Origin: Chthoniobacterales bacterium
Lineage (GTDB): Bacteria; Verrucomicrobiota; Verrucomicrobiia; Chthoniobacterales; Chthoniobacteraceae
Length of the DNA stretch: 64,000 bases
Direction of reading: 5' to 3'
Assembly (NCBI GenBank): GCA_038207335.1
Contig: JBBQZX010000015.1
Span: forward strand, 32,001 to 96,000
Position numbers and translations under genes: made by a program. Within the stretch, counting starts at the first letter, position 1; every line of letters begins with the position of its first letter. The notes under the pieces are model-generated. The model searched no databases and was not told the origin of the DNA. It saw only the letters and a program-made list of their open reading frames with translations. This document shows, one piece after another, positions 60,522-64,000 of the stretch.

Positions 60522-62045
60522 ATGAGCCAGCCACAGAACGCCATCAGTCCCACACGCGCCGCCGACTTTCCCGAGTGGTATCAGCAGGTTGTCAAGCACG
60601 CCGAACTCGCGGAGAACAGCGACGTGCGCGGTTGCATGGTCATTAAACCGTGGGGCTACGGCATCTGGGAAAACATGCAGCGCGGGCTCGATGGAATGTT
60701 CAAGGCGACGGGGCACAAGAACGCGTATTTCCCGCTTTTCATCCCGCTCTCGTATCTCGCGAAAGAGGCGGAGCATGTGGAGGGCTTTGCAAAAGAATGC
60801 GCGGTCGTGACGCACCACCGGCTCGAGTCCGATGGCAAAGGCGGACTCCGCCCCGCGCCCGGTGCCGCGCTCATCGAGCCGCTCGTCGTGCGGCCCACGA
60901 GCGAGACGATCATCGGCGCGACGTATGCGAAATGGGTGCAGTCGTGGCGAGACCTGCCGATCCTCATCAACCAATGGGCGAACGTCGTCCGTTGGGAAAT
61001 GCGGCCGCGGCTTTTCCTGCGCACGGCGGAGTTCCTGTGGCAGGAGGGCCACACCGCGCACGAGACCGAGTCGGAGGCGCGCGCCGAGACGGAGCAGATG
61101 CTCGGGGTCTATGAAAAGTTCGCGCGCGAGTGGCTGGCGCTGCCGGTTTTTACGGGTGAAAAGAGCGAGGCCGAACGATTTCCGGGCGCGGTGCAGACGC
61201 TGTGCATCGAGGCGATGGTGCAAGATCGGAAGGCCATCCAAGCCGGCACGTCGCACTTCCTCGGGCAGAATTTTGCGAAGGCGAGCGGGATTCAATTCGT
61301 CTCGCGCGACAACAAGCAGGAGCACGCGTGGACAACGAGTTGGGGCGTGAGCACGCGCCTGATCGGCACCGTCATCATGGCCCACGGCGACGACGACGGC
61401 GTGATCCTCCCGCCACGCATCGCGCCCGCCCATGTCGTGATTCTACCCGTGATCCCCAAGCCGGAGACCCGCGACGCTGTCCTCGCCGCGGTGGAGAAAT
61501 TGGCGGCGGATTTGCGCGCGCAAAATTATGCGGGCGAACCCATCCGCGTGGAGATCGACAAGCGCGACATTGGCGGCGGCACGAAGACGTGGGACTGGAT
61601 AAAAAAGGGCGTGCCGATCCGCGTCGAGATCGGCCCGCGCGATTTGGAGAAAGGGAGCGTCGCCGTCTCGCGCCGCGATCGCGGGGCGAAAGAGAAAGCC
61701 TTTTTGCCCACCTCCGACTTCCTCGCGAGCGCGCCCGAGACGTTGCAATCCATCCAGGACGCGCTCCTCGTGCGCGCCACCGAGCTGCGCGACGAGCACA
61801 CCGTGAAGCTTGAAAGCAAGGAAGACTTCTACGCCTTCTTCACCCCGAAAAATCCCAACCGCCCTGAAATCCACGGCGGCTTCGCGCTCGCCCACTGGAA
61901 CGGCTCCCGCGCCGTCGAGGAGCAAATCAAGGCCGACCTAAAAGTCACCATCCGCTGCATTCCGCGCGACACCGCCGAGCCCGGCACCTGCATTTTCACC
62001 GGTGAGCCCAGCCCGCGCCGCGTGGTTTTTGCAAAGTCTTACTGA
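60522..62045 (+). CDS. proS: Proline--tRNA ligase, archaeal/eukaryotic type
   Basis: VRPTSET, QWANVVRWE, FLRTAEFLWQEGHTAH, QAGTSHFLGQNF, terminal FAKSY. Confidence 0.97.
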   Translation: MSQPQNAISPTRAADFPEWYQQVVKHAELAENSDVRGCMVIKPWGYGIWENMQRGLDGMFKATGHKNAYFPLFIPLSYLAKEAEHVEGFAKECAVVTHHRLESDGKGGLRPAPGAALIEPLVVRPTSETIIGATYAKWVQSWRDLPILINQWANVVRWEMRPRLFLRTAEFLWQEGHTAHETESEARAETEQMLGVYEKFAREWLALPVFTGEKSEAERFPGAVQTLCIEAMVQDRKAIQAGTSHFLGQNFAKASGIQFVSRDNKQEHAWTTSWGVSTRLIGTVIMAHGDDDGVILPPRIAPAHVVILPVIPKPETRDAVLAAVEKLAADLRAQNYAGEPIRVEIDKRDIGGGTKTWDWIKKGVPIRVEIGPRDLEKGSVAVSRRDRGAKEKAFLPTSDFLASAPETLQSIQDALLVRATELRDEHTVKLESKEDFYAFFTPKNPNRPEIHGGFALAHWNGSRAVEEQIKADLKVTIRCIPRDTAEPGTCIFTGEPSPRRVVFAKSY

Positions 62046-62108
62046 GCGAAAATTGGCGCTGGACGAAGCGCACTCACGGGCTGTTGGATTCCCGACGCGG
62101 TGAGGTGA

Positions 62109-62807
62109 ATGAGAGCGATTCTTTTAACCAGTGGAAGCAGTGCGGGGCATCCGTCGCTTTGGAGCGTCGCGGAAAGCGGCACGCCAGATGTCGCGGCTAA
62201 GGCATTGTGCGAGTTGGCTGGAAGTTACTGGTATTGCGTCTATGCGTGGTGGCGGCGCGCTGGGCTGGATGCGAAACACGCGGCCACGGGAACGCTCGCG
62301 TGTTTCACGCGATGGACGGGCAGCGCGCCGCCCGCAAAGTCGGACACCGGCGCGGAATCGCTGCGGCTTTGGCTGGTGGCGCGGGTCAATGAATTGGCCA
62401 TCGCGGGCGTGAAGCTGCTCGGTCCTGCGGCAATCACTATCGATCCCGCGGCAGCCGAGGAGCAGTTTTTGCATGAGCCCGGCGGCTCGCAAGATTCGCT
62501 TTTTCACAGACGCTGGGCGCTGACGGTGCTGAGTCTCACGATGGATGTGCTGGAAAAGGAATATGCCGCCGGTGGCAGGCAGGCGGAACTCGCGATGATC
62601 AAGCCTTTTCTCGGATACGGGATGCGAGGCGATGCCGCTTACAGCGAAGTATCCGGGCGGCTCTCGATGTCAAAGAGCGCGGCGCGCAAGGCGGTGTTTG
62701 AGAGTCGCGTGAAATTTCGGACTGCACTCCGCGCGGTGATCGCGGACACCGTGGCACGAGAGGAGGAAATCGATCCCGAGATGACGGCGCTGCTCTGCGC
62801 GCTCTGA
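62109..62807 (+). CDS. Divergent ECF sigma factor of the kinase-associated PVC type
   Basis: ALCELAGSYWYCVYAWWRR, LFHRRWAL, YSEVSGRLSMS, IADTV..EEIDPEM. Confidence 0.72.
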   Translation: MRAILLTSGSSAGHPSLWSVAESGTPDVAAKALCELAGSYWYCVYAWWRRAGLDAKHAATGTLACFTRWTGSAPPAKSDTGAESLRLWLVARVNELAIAGVKLLGPAAITIDPAAAEEQFLHEPGGSQDSLFHRRWALTVLSLTMDVLEKEYAAGGRQAELAMIKPFLGYGMRGDAAYSEVSGRLSMSKSAARKAVFESRVKFRTALRAVIADTVAREEEIDPEMTALLCAL

Positions 62808-62827
62808 GCACCCGGACCGGCCATTTT

Positions 62828-64000
62828 ATGCCCGACGACGCGTCACTTCCCAAGAATCTCGGCGGGCTGAACCCGGCGGAACTGCTCCTGCGCGGGATGC
62901 GCGTGCCGCAGCTTTCCACGGCTGCGGATGGAGCGGCTTGGGTACCGCCGACGGTGGAGGAAATCGCACGGCTTTTGCCTCAATACGAAGTGATCGCCAT
63001 GCTCGGGCACGGCGGGATGGGCGCGGTATATCAAGCTCGGCAGACTTCGCTGGACCGCATCGTCGGGATCAAGGTGCTGCCGCTGGAGATCAGCGGCGAC
63101 CGGACTTTTGCGGATGGATTTGTGCGGGAGGCGCGTGCGATGGCGCGGCTAGAGCACCCGAATATCATCGCGGTGCATGACTTCGGGAAAACGAGCGAGG
63201 GGCACTTTTATTTCATGATGGATTTCGTGAACGGAGCGACGCTTCACGACTTGATTCAAGCCGGGAAAGTCACGTCGGCGGGGGCGTTGGAAGTCGTGGA
63301 GCAGGTGTGCGATGCGCTCTCGTACGCGCATGCGGAGGGAATCGTGCATTGCGACATCAAGCCCGCAAATGTGATGGTGGATCAGCGCGGGCGGGTGAAG
63401 GTGGCGGACTTCGGACTCGCACGGCTGCTCGATGCAACCGCACCGGAGCCGGGCGCACCGTCGATGACCGGGGTGGTGCTCGGGACGCCGGATTACATGG
63501 CACCGGAGCAGAAATGCGGAGGCAAAGTGGATCATCGCGCGGATGTGTATGCGCTCGGGGTGGTGCTCTACGAAGCGCTGTGCGGAGAAGCGCCGCAAGG
63601 TGCGTTCGATCTGCCGAGTCAGCGCTGCGGCGTGTCGCCGGTGATCGATGCGATCGTAACTCGGGCGCTTTCGCAACAGCCGGAGAAGCGCTTCCAGAGC
63701 ACGGGCGAAATGAAGGCGGCAATCGTCGCGGCACGCACGCCCGTGAAACTCGTGCCCACGCCGCTGCCGGTGAATCCTAGTGTGCCGCGCGCCACACCGC
63801 CGCTGATGGTCGCGCCGGAAAAAAAATCTCGCGCGCCGTGGATCGGCATCGCAGCAGCGGTGGCTGTGCTCGCGATCGGAGGCGCGCTCTTCTTTCAAAA
63901 AAAGTCGCCGCCGAGTAAGCCGCCTGCCCCGGAGATTGCAGTTAGCACTCCGGTGACGAGCGCGCCGCCGCCCGTCGAAAAGCCGCAAACAAAAGCTCCG
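62828..64000 (+). CDS. Hanks-type Ser/Thr protein kinase with TM helix (runs off window end; missing from the ORF track)
   Basis: LGHGGMGAVY, VGIK, HCDIKPAN, DFGLA, GTPDYMAPE, Pro-rich linker, TM. Confidence 0.93.
   Translation, partial: MPDDASLPKNLGGLNPAELLLRGMRVPQLSTAADGAAWVPPTVEEIARLLPQYEVIAMLGHGGMGAVYQARQTSLDRIVGIKVLPLEISGDRTFADGFVREARAMARLEHPNIIAVHDFGKTSEGHFYFMMDFVNGATLHDLIQAGKVTSAGALEVVEQVCDALSYAHAEGIVHCDIKPANVMVDQRGRVKVADFGLARLLDATAPEPGAPSMTGVVLGTPDYMAPEQKCGGKVDHRADVYALGVVLYEALCGEAPQGAFDLPSQRCGVSPVIDAIVTRALSQQPEKRFQSTGEMKAAIVAARTPVKLVPTPLPVNPSVPRATPPLMVAPEKKSRAPWIGIAAAVAVLAIGGALFFQKKSPPSKPPAPEIAVSTPVTSAPPPVEKPQTKAP

Overview
High-GC bacterial chromosomal DNA, most likely Verrucomicrobiota (Chthoniobacterales-like; inferred from PVC-type cytochromes, a PEP-CTERM protein and an ECF-kinase pair). 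In order: the end of a copper locus (cusA-like, ECF sigma, copA); tRNA-Thr(TGT); a probable decayed island (DUF1592/DUF1552 pair, 21-bp tandem repeat, internally deleted DNA-methyltransferase remnant); a six-gene operon encoding a PspA/IM30 protein, an NMT1-like binding protein fused to OmpA, an ABC permease and ATPase, a membrane coiled-coil protein and an AAA+ ATPase, followed by a rhomboid protease; yihY, tamB and an Omp85 gene; gap-pgk-tpiA; hpnH-shc-hpnO; nfeD, aminopeptidase, pfkA, sodA; tRNA-Thr-tuf-tRNA-Trp-secE-nusG-rplK with no rplA after it; a giant PEP-CTERM protein; proS; and an ECF sigma/Ser-Thr kinase pair. The best candidate for an undescribed system is the PspA-ABC-OmpA-AAA-rhomboid operon, a possible ESCRT-III/Vps4-like envelope-remodelling module. 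All family calls come from motifs recognised by eye; no database searches were run.
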